Of a DNA stretch of 64,000 bases, positions 56,724-64,000 are shown piece after piece. Under the pieces are notes generated by a model, which was not told the origin of the DNA, did no database searches, and saw nothing but the letters and a program-made list of their open reading frames with translations. The translations under genes were made by a program, and so were the position numbers. Source of the stretch: Nitrospirota bacterium (GTDB taxonomy: Bacteria > Nitrospirota > Thermodesulfovibrionia > Thermodesulfovibrionales > SM23-35); the NCBI GenBank assembly GCA_040756135.1, contig JBFLZS010000004.1, positions 7,469 through 71,468 of the forward strand, in the 5' to 3' direction. Position 1 is the first letter of the stretch. Every line of letters starts with the position of its first letter.

Positions 56724-57797
56724 TTAATCACCAAAACTGATGCCCAAAGACCTCGCTGTTTGGATTATATCACTGTCCAGAGGCACTGTTTTCATTTTAC
56801 CAATTGCCTCTTTGATTGGTACTGCACAGATCTCGGTGGAACGAAGTGCAACCATTGTGCCGAACTTGCCAGCCTCAGCAAACCTTATCGCTGCGGTGCC
56901 AAATCTCAAACAGAGCAGCCTGTCGAAGGTAGTAGGGGCACCCCCCCTTTGTAAATGACCGAGAACTATCACCCTCGTCTCTTTTCCGGTCTTCTCCTGG
57001 ATATTATCGGCCACTTTCTTACCTATCCCACCGAGTCTGATCTCACCATGACATTCTTCGATCACTGTTACATCTCCCCCAATAGGTTTGGCTCCCTCTG
57101 CAACAACGACAATAGCGTAATTCTGTCCAATAACCTTTAGTTGTCTTATCTTATTACACACTTTTTCAATATCAAATGGGATCTCGGGTATCAGGATGAC
57201 ATCGGATGAACCCGAAATGCCCGAATAAAGCGCTATCCAGCCCACATATCTTCCCATTACCTCAACAACCATTACCCTATCGTGAGATTTAGCAGTAGTA
57301 TGAAGTTTATCTATAGCCTCAGTTGCTGTATTGACCGCTGTATCAAAACCGAATGTGACATCAGTCGAATTTATATCATTATCAATTGTTTTAGGAATAC
57401 CGATTACAGGAACGCCTTTCTCCGAAAACTTATTCGCAATGCTAAGGCTCCCGTCACCTCCAATCGCAACAAGTGCATCAAAACCCAGGGCCTTAAATTT
57501 CGAAACCACTTCATCAGAAATATCCGTCTCCACAACATTTCCATCAGGCATTTCCACAGGATATCTGAACGGGTCGCCCTTGATTGCAGAACCGAGAATC
57601 GTGCCCCCGATATTTGTAATATCCCAGACAGATTCCGGTGTCAGACGTACAACCTGATTCGTATCAATAAGACCCCGATAACCATATTTTATCCCATAAA
57701 CCTCCCACCCTTTTTTGTAGGCAGCAAGAACTACACCACGGATTACTGCGTTCAACCCAGGTGCATCACCGCCTCCAGTATTAACAGCTATCTTCAT
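56724..57797 (-). CDS. pfkA: 6-phosphofructokinase
   Basis: 357 aa with GGDAPGLNA, IGGDGS, PKTIDND and the MGR motif. Confidence 0.92.
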   Translation of the reverse strand: MKIAVNTGGGDAPGLNAVIRGVVLAAYKKGWEVYGIKYGYRGLIDTNQVVRLTPESVWDITNIGGTILGSAIKGDPFRYPVEMPDGNVVETDISDEVVSKFKALGFDALVAIGGDGSLSIANKFSEKGVPVIGIPKTIDNDINSTDVTFGFDTAVNTATEAIDKLHTTAKSHDRVMVVEVMGRYVGWIALYSGISGSSDVILIPEIPFDIEKVCNKIRQLKVIGQNYAIVVVAEGAKPIGGDVTVIEECHGEIRLGGIGKKVADNIQEKTGKETRVIVLGHLQRGGAPTTFDRLLCLRFGTAAIRFAEAGKFGTMVALRSTEICAVPIKEAIGKMKTVPLDSDIIQTARSLGISFGD

Positions 57798-57815
57798 TTT
57801 ATCTGAAATCCTCCT

Positions 57816-58922
57816 CTAAGGTTTCCCGTATTCTTCAAATCTTCCACCTTTTGTAATCCAGACAACATAAGGTGCTGCCGTTATATCACCATTTGAATCG
57901 AAACCTATCTTTCCAAGGGCACCGCTGAATGTCATTGAATGTAACTTATTGATGATTGTTTTCCCTTCAGTTGTCTTAGCCTCTTTAATTGCAGTCAACA
58001 AGATATTTGTAGCGTCATAGGCATAAATAGAATATGGGCCAATTTCTCCGTATCGTGACTGGTATCTGTCAATAAAGCCTTTTGCTGACGGGATATTCTT
58101 CGGGTCAGGGCTGAATGTAAGATAGGTACCTTCTGCTGGACGGGTTCCAGCGATCTCGATAAATTTTGGATCTATCGTTCCGTCACCGCTCATGAATTTA
58201 GCGTTCAATCCAAGTTCATTAGCTTGTTTTACAAGGAGTCCTGCCTCAGGGTAAATGCCTCCGAAAAAGATGAGTTCAGGTTTTTTAGACTTTACTGTAG
58301 TGAGAACCATTTTGAAATCTTTATCCCCCTGGATAATCCCTCCATAATAAACTACCTTGACCTTATCAACTATGAACTTTTTGAACTCATCAGCAAGACC
58401 CTTGCCGTATGTTGTGTTATCATGAAGAATAGCTATGTTATTAAGTTTAAGATAATTTATAACAAAATCTGCTGCAATCTTACCTTGCTGATCATCCCTG
58501 CCACAAACCCTGAATACCCCCTTATAACCCTTTTCTGTAAGTTGAGGGTTTGTTGATGCAGGGGTAATCATTGGAATTTCTGCGCTATTGTAAACATCTG
58601 ATGCAGGTATGGAGCAACTTGAATTGAAATGGCCAATAACTCCGACTACGCCCTCATTAACCATCTTATTTGCAACAGCAACTGCCTGTTTGGGGTCATG
58701 CTGGTCGTCGCTTACTATCATCTGGACCCTCTTGCCAAGGACACCACCTTTACTATTCCATTCCTCAACTGCAAGCGAGACACCGTTCTTAAAATCCATA
58801 CCCATTTTTGCCTGGTCACCTGTCATAGGGCCTGCAATGCCAATCTTTATTGTCTCGTCTTTTTTCTGGCATGCTGAAAACAATAAACAAAAAGACATGA
58901 TAATGAATAAAATCTTCCTCAT
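57816..58922 (-). CDS. branched-chain amino acid ABC transporter substrate-binding lipoprotein (LivK/LivJ family)
   Basis: Lipobox LLFSAC and a type I PBP fold (IKIGIAGPMTGDQA.., GVIGHFNSS). Confidence 0.88.
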   Translation of the reverse strand: MRKILFIIMSFCLLFSACQKKDETIKIGIAGPMTGDQAKMGMDFKNGVSLAVEEWNSKGGVLGKRVQMIVSDDQHDPKQAVAVANKMVNEGVVGVIGHFNSSCSIPASDVYNSAEIPMITPASTNPQLTEKGYKGVFRVCGRDDQQGKIAADFVINYLKLNNIAILHDNTTYGKGLADEFKKFIVDKVKVVYYGGIIQGDKDFKMVLTTVKSKKPELIFFGGIYPEAGLLVKQANELGLNAKFMSGDGTIDPKFIEIAGTRPAEGTYLTFSPDPKNIPSAKGFIDRYQSRYGEIGPYSIYAYDATNILLTAIKEAKTTEGKTIINKLHSMTFSGALGKIGFDSNGDITAAPYVVWITKGGRFEEYGKP

Positions 58923-59000
58923 TTTTGTGTAATTCTCCTTCTATATCTTTTATCTTCTTTGAAAACTTACTAAGACGGCCATAAGTAAGGATACATGATC

Positions 59001-59069
59001 GTCATTGCCCGACTTGATCGGGCAATCCAGAGAAAGGAACTGGATTCTCCGGTTGAGCCGGAGAATGAC
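59001..59069. repeat. GTCATTGCCC hairpin doublet (family B)
   Basis: GTCATTGCCCGActtgaTCGGGCAATCCAG ... CTGGATTCTCCGGttgaGCCGGAGAATGAC. Confidence 0.75.
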
Positions 59070-59169
59070 AAACGGACAAAACTATGTCGCCATACTAATG
59101 ACCTCATTAGTACATATAACATTTTAATAATGTCGGGTCTTGAATTCAATATTTCTTTTTAAAGAATCC

Positions 59170-59889
59170 CTACTCTCCAAGATAGGCATTCCTTACCTTT
59201 TCATTTCTTAACAACTCTTCACCGATGCCTTGCAGTACCAACCTCCCGTTTTCAAGAACATAACCTCTGTTTGACAGTTTTAAGGCTGCCTTCGCATTCT
59301 GCTCGACAAGGAGAATTGTAACACCTTCACTATTAATTTCTTTTATGGTTTTGAATATCTTGCTCACAATAATAGGTGCAAGCCCGAGAGAAGGCTCATC
59401 CAGAAGAAGAAGCTTAGGATGAGACATAAGTGCCCTGCCTATTGCAAGCATCTGCTGTTCCCCTCCACTCAACGTACCAGCCATCTGTTTATATCTTTCT
59501 TTCAGAATGGGGAAAAGGTTGTACACCATTTCAAGAGAGGATTCAAAATTGCCTCGATTAGAAAATCCTCCCATCTCAAGATTCTCTATTATGGTTAGTT
59601 TAGGAAAAATCCTTCTACCTTCGGGTATCTGGCTTATACCCATTTCAACAATCCTATGAGGAGGAATTCCTTTAATACTTTCCCCATTAAATACAATATC
59701 ACCTGAAAAAGGTCTCAATATCCCGGATATCGTCATAAGTGTTGTAGATTTTCCGGCCCCATTGCTCCCGATGAGGCAGACTATTTCACCATGTTCGACT
59801 TCTATATCAATACCCTTTAAAGCCTCAATAGGGCCGTAGGATACATGAACATCAACAAGCTTTAGCATAGCCTCTATTTGCATGGACAA
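59170..59889 (-). CDS. livF: branched-chain amino acid ABC transporter ATP-binding protein LivF
   Basis: Walker A GSNGAGKST, signature LSGGEQQ, Walker B LLLLDEPS and C-terminal AYLGE. The true start may be the downstream ATG giving MLKLVDVHVSYG. Confidence 0.9.
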   Translation of the reverse strand: MSMQIEAMLKLVDVHVSYGPIEALKGIDIEVEHGEIVCLIGSNGAGKSTTLMTISGILRPFSGDIVFNGESIKGIPPHRIVEMGISQIPEGRRIFPKLTIIENLEMGGFSNRGNFESSLEMVYNLFPILKERYKQMAGTLSGGEQQMLAIGRALMSHPKLLLLDEPSLGLAPIIVSKIFKTIKEINSEGVTILLVEQNAKAALKLSNRGYVLENGRLVLQGIGEELLRNEKVRNAYLGE

Positions 59890-59901
59890 GAAATAATTTC
59901 T

Positions 59902-61248
59902 CTACCATATACAATTACATTTAATTTGTTCATATTCCATCTTCAGACTATTCCACATAGCTATTGTTTCTTTGCAAAGAGCAACCTTATTGTAATTATG
60001 TTTTGATTTCAGGTGTTTTATTATTGTCGAGTACATTGTAAATCGTGTTTGAAAATCAATCTTTTTGCCCCAATTAGAAGATTCTCTTAAATACTTAACC
60101 CAGCTTTTATCTGAACAGCCATTAATAGTGCTTTGCAGCCCCCTTAAAGAACCGAGAGTAATTCGTTCCGGGAAAAGATGCTCAAAAATTAAATCTACCA
60201 ATTGCAAATAGGATTCTTCCCATCCATCTATTGGAACCATTGGATCTATTCTAAGCCTGACTTCATATCCTGCATGGTAAACCTTTTTTGCTGCCTCGAT
60301 TCTCTTTAAAACAGGAGGTGCTTTCTTCTCCCACATTTTGGCAACAGGTATAGCATTGAGACTAAAGCTTATAATTACTTGACCGTGTGGTTCAAGTTCT
60401 AAAAGATTTTTTACATTGATGGATTTGGTTAAAAATAAAACTTTATGTAGTTTTTGAGTTTGAAATATGGGAATAATGAATTTTGAAAATGGGGATCCGC
60501 CATTTTCAGACATTAGTGAATCAGCAATTTCACCCGTATTTAGGACTTCTGGTGTCTCGACCTCCTCTAAAAATCTTCTGGTATGTTGTTCTATTTTCTC
60601 ATAAGACTTGACCACAGGTTCTTTGCCATTAGGTCTGAATCTAAAAGTCCCTTTTAAATAACACCAGCTACAGTCATAGGGACAGCCATAAGCCCACTTA
60701 AGTTCAAGAAAATGAGGGCAAACTACATCAGTTGATTTCTCAGGGGAAGGCGTCTTATCAAATCTTATAATTATAGAGCCATCATTGACTCGCTCCACCA
60801 ATATTTCTTTTTTACCGCTAAGTTGTGGATATTCCTTATAATAAATTTTTGGCTTTAAGGTTTGCTTAGGAATGAAGAATAAAAATTCAGCAGTTGCAGG
60901 GTTATTTTGTGGAAATATTATTCTATCCTGTTCACTCAATCCTCTTAGAGTTTTAGAAGTGATTCTTTCTATTTTAACTTTATTTTTCTTTTCTAATTCT
61001 TTAAGTGCCTCTCTATAGTGTTTATCAATATAAGGTGGTTCAGAATACCAAGGTTCGCATACTTCTTCCTGGATTTTTTCATATTCTATAACTCTTCCTT
61101 TAAACCGCTCCAATAAATGCTTCTTTAAATCGTCAATGTTGTTTATGTCAAATAGTTTAGTTTGATACCTTGCTGCTAAATCTTTAGGGCCCAGATATGC
61201 AAAATTACCCTCTGCACTTTGATTATACATAATGTTTTTCATTGACAT
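59902..61248 (-). CDS. radical SAM protein, spore-photoproduct-lyase-like core with a roughly 170-aa uncharacterised N-terminal domain
   Basis: 448 aa with the cluster motif GCPYDCSWCYLKG (CxxxCxxC) at about residue 190. The C-terminal 260 aa are SPL/SplB-like by recall, and the N-terminal region was not assigned. Confidence 0.6.
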   Translation of the reverse strand: MSMKNIMYNQSAEGNFAYLGPKDLAARYQTKLFDINNIDDLKKHLLERFKGRVIEYEKIQEEVCEPWYSEPPYIDKHYREALKELEKKNKVKIERITSKTLRGLSEQDRIIFPQNNPATAEFLFFIPKQTLKPKIYYKEYPQLSGKKEILVERVNDGSIIIRFDKTPSPEKSTDVVCPHFLELKWAYGCPYDCSWCYLKGTFRFRPNGKEPVVKSYEKIEQHTRRFLEEVETPEVLNTGEIADSLMSENGGSPFSKFIIPIFQTQKLHKVLFLTKSINVKNLLELEPHGQVIISFSLNAIPVAKMWEKKAPPVLKRIEAAKKVYHAGYEVRLRIDPMVPIDGWEESYLQLVDLIFEHLFPERITLGSLRGLQSTINGCSDKSWVKYLRESSNWGKKIDFQTRFTMYSTIIKHLKSKHNYNKVALCKETIAMWNSLKMEYEQIKCNCIW

Positions 61249-61250
61249 TT

Positions 61251-61577
61251 TTATTCTCTCTCGAGATATTTTACAATCCTTCTTGCAATCTCAAAAACAG
61301 CAGCAAGCTGGGTAGCTTTGACCTCTTTTAAGCCCTTAATCTGCATTAACTCTTTCAGTGATATTCCCATAAGCCCATATAAAGAATGATACTTCTCTAA
61401 TATTTCATCCGCAATATTCTGCGCTGACTTGCCTTTTACTCCAGAGCTTAAAATTATTGCTAAAAGTTCACTTTCAGTGCATGAATCCGGCCCAAGCCTT
61501 CGAAATTTGCCCCCCGGATGTTTCCAAGAGACATTCTTATTATCTTTTGTTCCTGATAAAGCAACATCCTTTTCCAT
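61251..61577 (-). CDS. RadC N-terminal (helix-hairpin-helix) domain-only protein, lacking the JAB/MPN domain
   Basis: 108 aa, ESELLAIILSSGVKGKSAQNIADEILEKYHSLYGLMGISLKELMQIKGLKEVKATQLAAVFEIARR, which matches the RadC N-terminal consensus. It stops 2 nt before the rSAM start. Confidence 0.65.
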   Translation of the reverse strand: MEKDVALSGTKDNKNVSWKHPGGKFRRLGPDSCTESELLAIILSSGVKGKSAQNIADEILEKYHSLYGLMGISLKELMQIKGLKEVKATQLAAVFEIARRIVKYLERE

Positions 61578-61719
61578 AGTTATATGTCCTCTAAATAAAT
61601 TAGCAATAGTTTACTCGATAAGCTTTTCTCTTGCTCTCTCAACTTTTGGCCAATCCGGAATCTTCAATCTATATTCAGCCATGCCTTAATTATTTTCTAT
61701 AAACCCTTTTGCAACAAAT

Positions 61720-62163
61720 TCACTTTATCAACGAATTTAATAATTCCTTCATCTTATTTAAAAATTCTGATGCAGATTTCACCGCCTGTTCTGCTTCCTC
61801 GTCTGTTGAGAAAAAACTTAAATCATACTGGTCGTTATGCCTTATTTCCCTGTGGTGATCAAGTAAATCAACCCATTTCTTTTTAAGTTTTTTTGTCTTG
61901 ACATATTTTTCTTCAAGATATCTGGCAACGCAGGCATGACTTTTTTCCCTAAAACCATCAAAGAACAGGATTGCTCTTGCAGAATGAAACATAACCATGT
62001 AAGATGCAAGGACAGAAGAATCAAATGCTTCACTTTTAAGTGTCTTTTCTGCCTCTTTTAACCATTTTTCTGACCTTTCGATGGAACGGAATGCCTTCTC
62101 TCTTGAAGGCGGAATTTTCCTTAATAATCCCTCACTTATGCAGTCATTATAACTGAATGCCAC
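61720..62163 (-). CDS. HEPN-domain protein (toxin partner of upstream NTase)
   Basis: 147 aa, all-helical, with an R-x4-H region (HHREIRHNDQY). It overlaps the NTase gene by 17 nt. Confidence 0.7.
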   Translation of the reverse strand: MAFSYNDCISEGLLRKIPPSREKAFRSIERSEKWLKEAEKTLKSEAFDSSVLASYMVMFHSARAILFFDGFREKSHACVARYLEEKYVKTKKLKKKWVDLLDHHREIRHNDQYDLSFFSTDEEAEQAVKSASEFLNKMKELLNSLIK

Positions 62164-62686
62164 CTTTATCTCCGTATATGATTATTGAGCCAAAAGCCAA
62201 TGAATGATAGAATAGTGTATCCTCTTTTTTTAATTTCTCAATCTTTTTATCAGTCAAAAAAAGAATCCTTAAGTTCTTTATTGCTTTGTTTAATTCTGAT
62301 GTTAAGGCAGCCTGTTTCTCTTCACTTGTTTCTCCAATCATTATCCATAAATCAACATCCGAATCTTCATTATTTTCACCTTTTGCACAACTTCCATATA
62401 ATCCCACCGATTTAATAAAAGGGTATTTTTCAAATATTTTTGTACTGATATGATTTATGTTTAATAATATCCTAATTCCTTTCGTTACTGAGGAATTATT
62501 TATGACAAATTTTCCATTTGACTTTTTGGCTATACCTTCTTTTACCAAAATGTCAAAATATTTAGAAACAAGTCCCTTGCTCAGTTTAAGTTGATTTGCA
62601 ATATTATTAACACTGATGTTATCTCTTTTATAGATAACAGTTTCAAGGATTCTTATTCTTTCTCTCGTTGAAAATATATTTTCCAT
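62147..62686 (-). CDS. nucleotidyltransferase-domain protein with N-terminal winged HTH (MNT-type antitoxin)
   Basis: wHTH (ISVNNIANQLKLSKGLVSKYFDILVKEGI) and the NTase motif GLYGSCAKGENNEDSDVDLWI. Confidence 0.75.
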   Translation of the reverse strand: MENIFSTRERIRILETVIYKRDNISVNNIANQLKLSKGLVSKYFDILVKEGIAKKSNGKFVINNSSVTKGIRILLNINHISTKIFEKYPFIKSVGLYGSCAKGENNEDSDVDLWIMIGETSEEKQAALTSELNKAIKNLRILFLTDKKIEKLKKEDTLFYHSLAFGSIIIYGDKGGIQL

Positions 62687-62946
62687 GTTCCCATCACATA
62701 AACTAATTGTTCACGATTTATGAACTTATCGTTCATATTTTATGAACACTTTATGCTTTTGTCAAATGTTATCTTTAGGTTAATCCTTCATTGCTTTTTC
62801 ACTTGTCCATTTTGGATATTATTATTCTTTAAGATGGGCCAATCTGGAATCTTCAATTTTTATTCAGCTCTATGAATTATTGACTATGTCCGCCGCTCTG
62901 AGATTCAGAGTTTCTTTGCTTTGCAACAACTTATTCGTTTGATTTT

Positions 62947-63294
62947 TCAAATGAAATCGAATAGATAATCAGTTGGATTTTCTTTGGGCCATTCTGAGAC
63001 ATATTCTAAAATCGCATCTGCAATCCCTTTAAAATCGTTCAGTTTGTAAGACGATGAGACTATCAGTACTCCTTTATGTGATATATTACTTGCGAAAAAT
63101 TGACGGGTAAGAATGATGTAATCGTTTCTGTTTCGAGTTATGAAGCAACGCTTCTCTAAGGCTGCATATTCTAATTGTTCCTGATCTGTAAATCCTGTTC
63201 GTCCAAGCTCATGCACGCTAATAGCATCTATGCCCTTCTCTCTGAGGATAACTGCTATTTGTGGGCTCAGGTCTTCATCCAGGAGAAGCTTCAT
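62947..63294 (-). CDS. DUF5615-type PIN-like toxin
   Basis: MKLLLDEDLSPQIAVILREKGIDAISVHELG..D. It overlaps the upstream DUF433 gene by 4 nt. Confidence 0.7.
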   Translation of the reverse strand: MKLLLDEDLSPQIAVILREKGIDAISVHELGRTGFTDQEQLEYAALEKRCFITRNRNDYIILTRQFFASNISHKGVLIVSSSYKLNDFKGIADAILEYVSEWPKENPTDYLFDFI

Positions 63295-63707
63295 CCCTTC
63301 TTCCTGACAAATGGAAGTTCAGAATGGGCTTTCTCCTTACTCCATGCCCTGTTCATCTCTATCAATTTTTTTATTTCATCAGGATAGGTCTTTGCATACC
63401 CAATTGCTGCCATGATCTGTCTGTCTGTAAGCCAGTGAAATGTCTCTTTTAAGGCATGGATATCATTATTGAGTTCCTGATAGGCTGATATAAGTTCCCA
63501 GACATCTATCCCTGTACCTTCAATCCGCGCACGCCTTCCTGCAGGTCCATCAACAAAGACTATCCCGGGACACTTCCTCATCTTCACGGCTTCAGTAATT
63601 AGTTCTGATGTGAGACTTGAGAAAGTTTCTTTTTTTGTGTGTAGAAGGCTTTCAACATCAGATAAAGTCTTTTTATCTATACGAATACTCTTAACGACAC
63701 TACTCAT
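63291..63707 (-). CDS. DUF433-domain antitoxin-like protein
   Basis: CPGIVFVDGPAGRRARIEGTGIDVWELISAY, a DUF433-type core. GGAGGGG lies 4-10 nt upstream of the start. Confidence 0.7.
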   Translation of the reverse strand: MSSVVKSIRIDKKTLSDVESLLHTKKETFSSLTSELITEAVKMRKCPGIVFVDGPAGRRARIEGTGIDVWELISAYQELNNDIHALKETFHWLTDRQIMAAIGYAKTYPDEIKKLIEMNRAWSKEKAHSELPFVRKKG

Positions 63708-63718
63708 TTTCCCCTCCG

Positions 63719-63870
63719 TATATTAAAGGTCTCATAATTGAATTGACATTTATCAGAAAATCTCCCCTTGCCCCTCTTTGCCAAAGAGGGGTATTATTCC
63801 TCCCTTTGGCAAAGGGAGGTTAGGAGGGATTTTATAAATTATTGTATTCATTTTTTAGACTGTTAATAAG
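63719..63870. mobile_element. MITE-like element family A, copy 5
   Basis: TATTAAAGGTCTCATAATTG..TCTCCCCTTGCCCCTCTTTGCCAAAGAGGGG..CCTCCCTTTGGCAAAGGGAGGTTAGGAGGGATTTTATAAA..TTTTAGACTGTTAATAAG. Confidence 0.85.
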
Positions 63871-63926
63871 TATATGTATACATCATACTACATTGTAATA
63901 TTATACTTGTCAAGACACAACACCTT

Positions 63927-64000
63927 TCAATATTCCTTACCAAGATAAGCCTCTATAACCATCTTATCCGTCTTTATATCTGCTGGTAGCCCTTCAGCAA
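63927..64000 (-). CDS. livG: partial ABC transporter ATP-binding protein, LivG-like C-terminus (runs off right edge)
   Basis: The reverse strand reads ..AEGLPADIKTDKMVIEAYLGKEY*, the typical LivG/LivF C-terminal AYLG motif. Confidence 0.55.
   Translation of the reverse strand, partial: AEGLPADIKTDKMVIEAYLGKEY

Overview
This is a 64-kb bacterial chromosomal window with about 60 protein genes and 2 tRNAs, and no rRNA or CRISPR array. The coding backbone looks AT-rich by eye and is punctuated by short, very GC-rich palindromes. From gene content and repeat style it may come from an uncultivated anaerobe such as a Nitrospirota-like lineage, but that is only a guess.

Most genes are housekeeping:
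- Heat shock: a dnaJ-hspR-clpB operon.
- Envelope and cell wall: a surA-like gene, a lemA/TPM/TPM operon, rodZ, PBP1A, and a LysM-NlpC/P60 hydrolase.
- DNA, nucleotide and tRNA functions: addB/addA, queD, hpt, pyrG, trpS, scpB.
- Metabolism: acyl-CoA dehydrogenase, fabF, galT-like plus glgA, proB, kdsD/kdsA/kdsB, a PEP-carboxykinase-like gene, pfk, isoaspartyl peptidase.
- Signalling and transport: a PAS/GAF histidine kinase with a response regulator, a moeA fusion, an M50 protease, and liv ABC transporter genes.

The unusual content falls into four groups:
1. Small repeat families saturate the window. They include a 44-46 bp GC-rich palindrome, 7-bp tandem arrays, a roughly 155-205 bp MITE-like element, a 168-bp MITE-like element, and GTCATTCC hairpin doublets.
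   - Many copies lie in frame inside conserved genes (addA, addB, fabF, moeA, kdsB, the TPM gene, the LysM hydrolase).
   - Others supply stop codons, Shine-Dalgarno sites or start-codon contexts at gene boundaries.
2. A roughly 2.5-kb block at 5865-8403 holds small plus-strand ORFs. Several are followed by an attC-like imperfect palindrome. It looks like an integron-type cassette array without an integrase.
3. A roughly 4-kb insertion lies between livG and livF. It carries two toxin-antitoxin pairs and an uncharacterised pair: a RadC N-terminal-only protein plus an N-terminally extended SPL-like radical SAM enzyme.
4. A second accessory patch at 27.8-31.2 kb carries a toxin-antitoxin pair, an orphan nucleotidyltransferase, gene remnants and a Clp1-like polynucleotide kinase.

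All functional calls come from reading motifs in the supplied translations. No database search was run.
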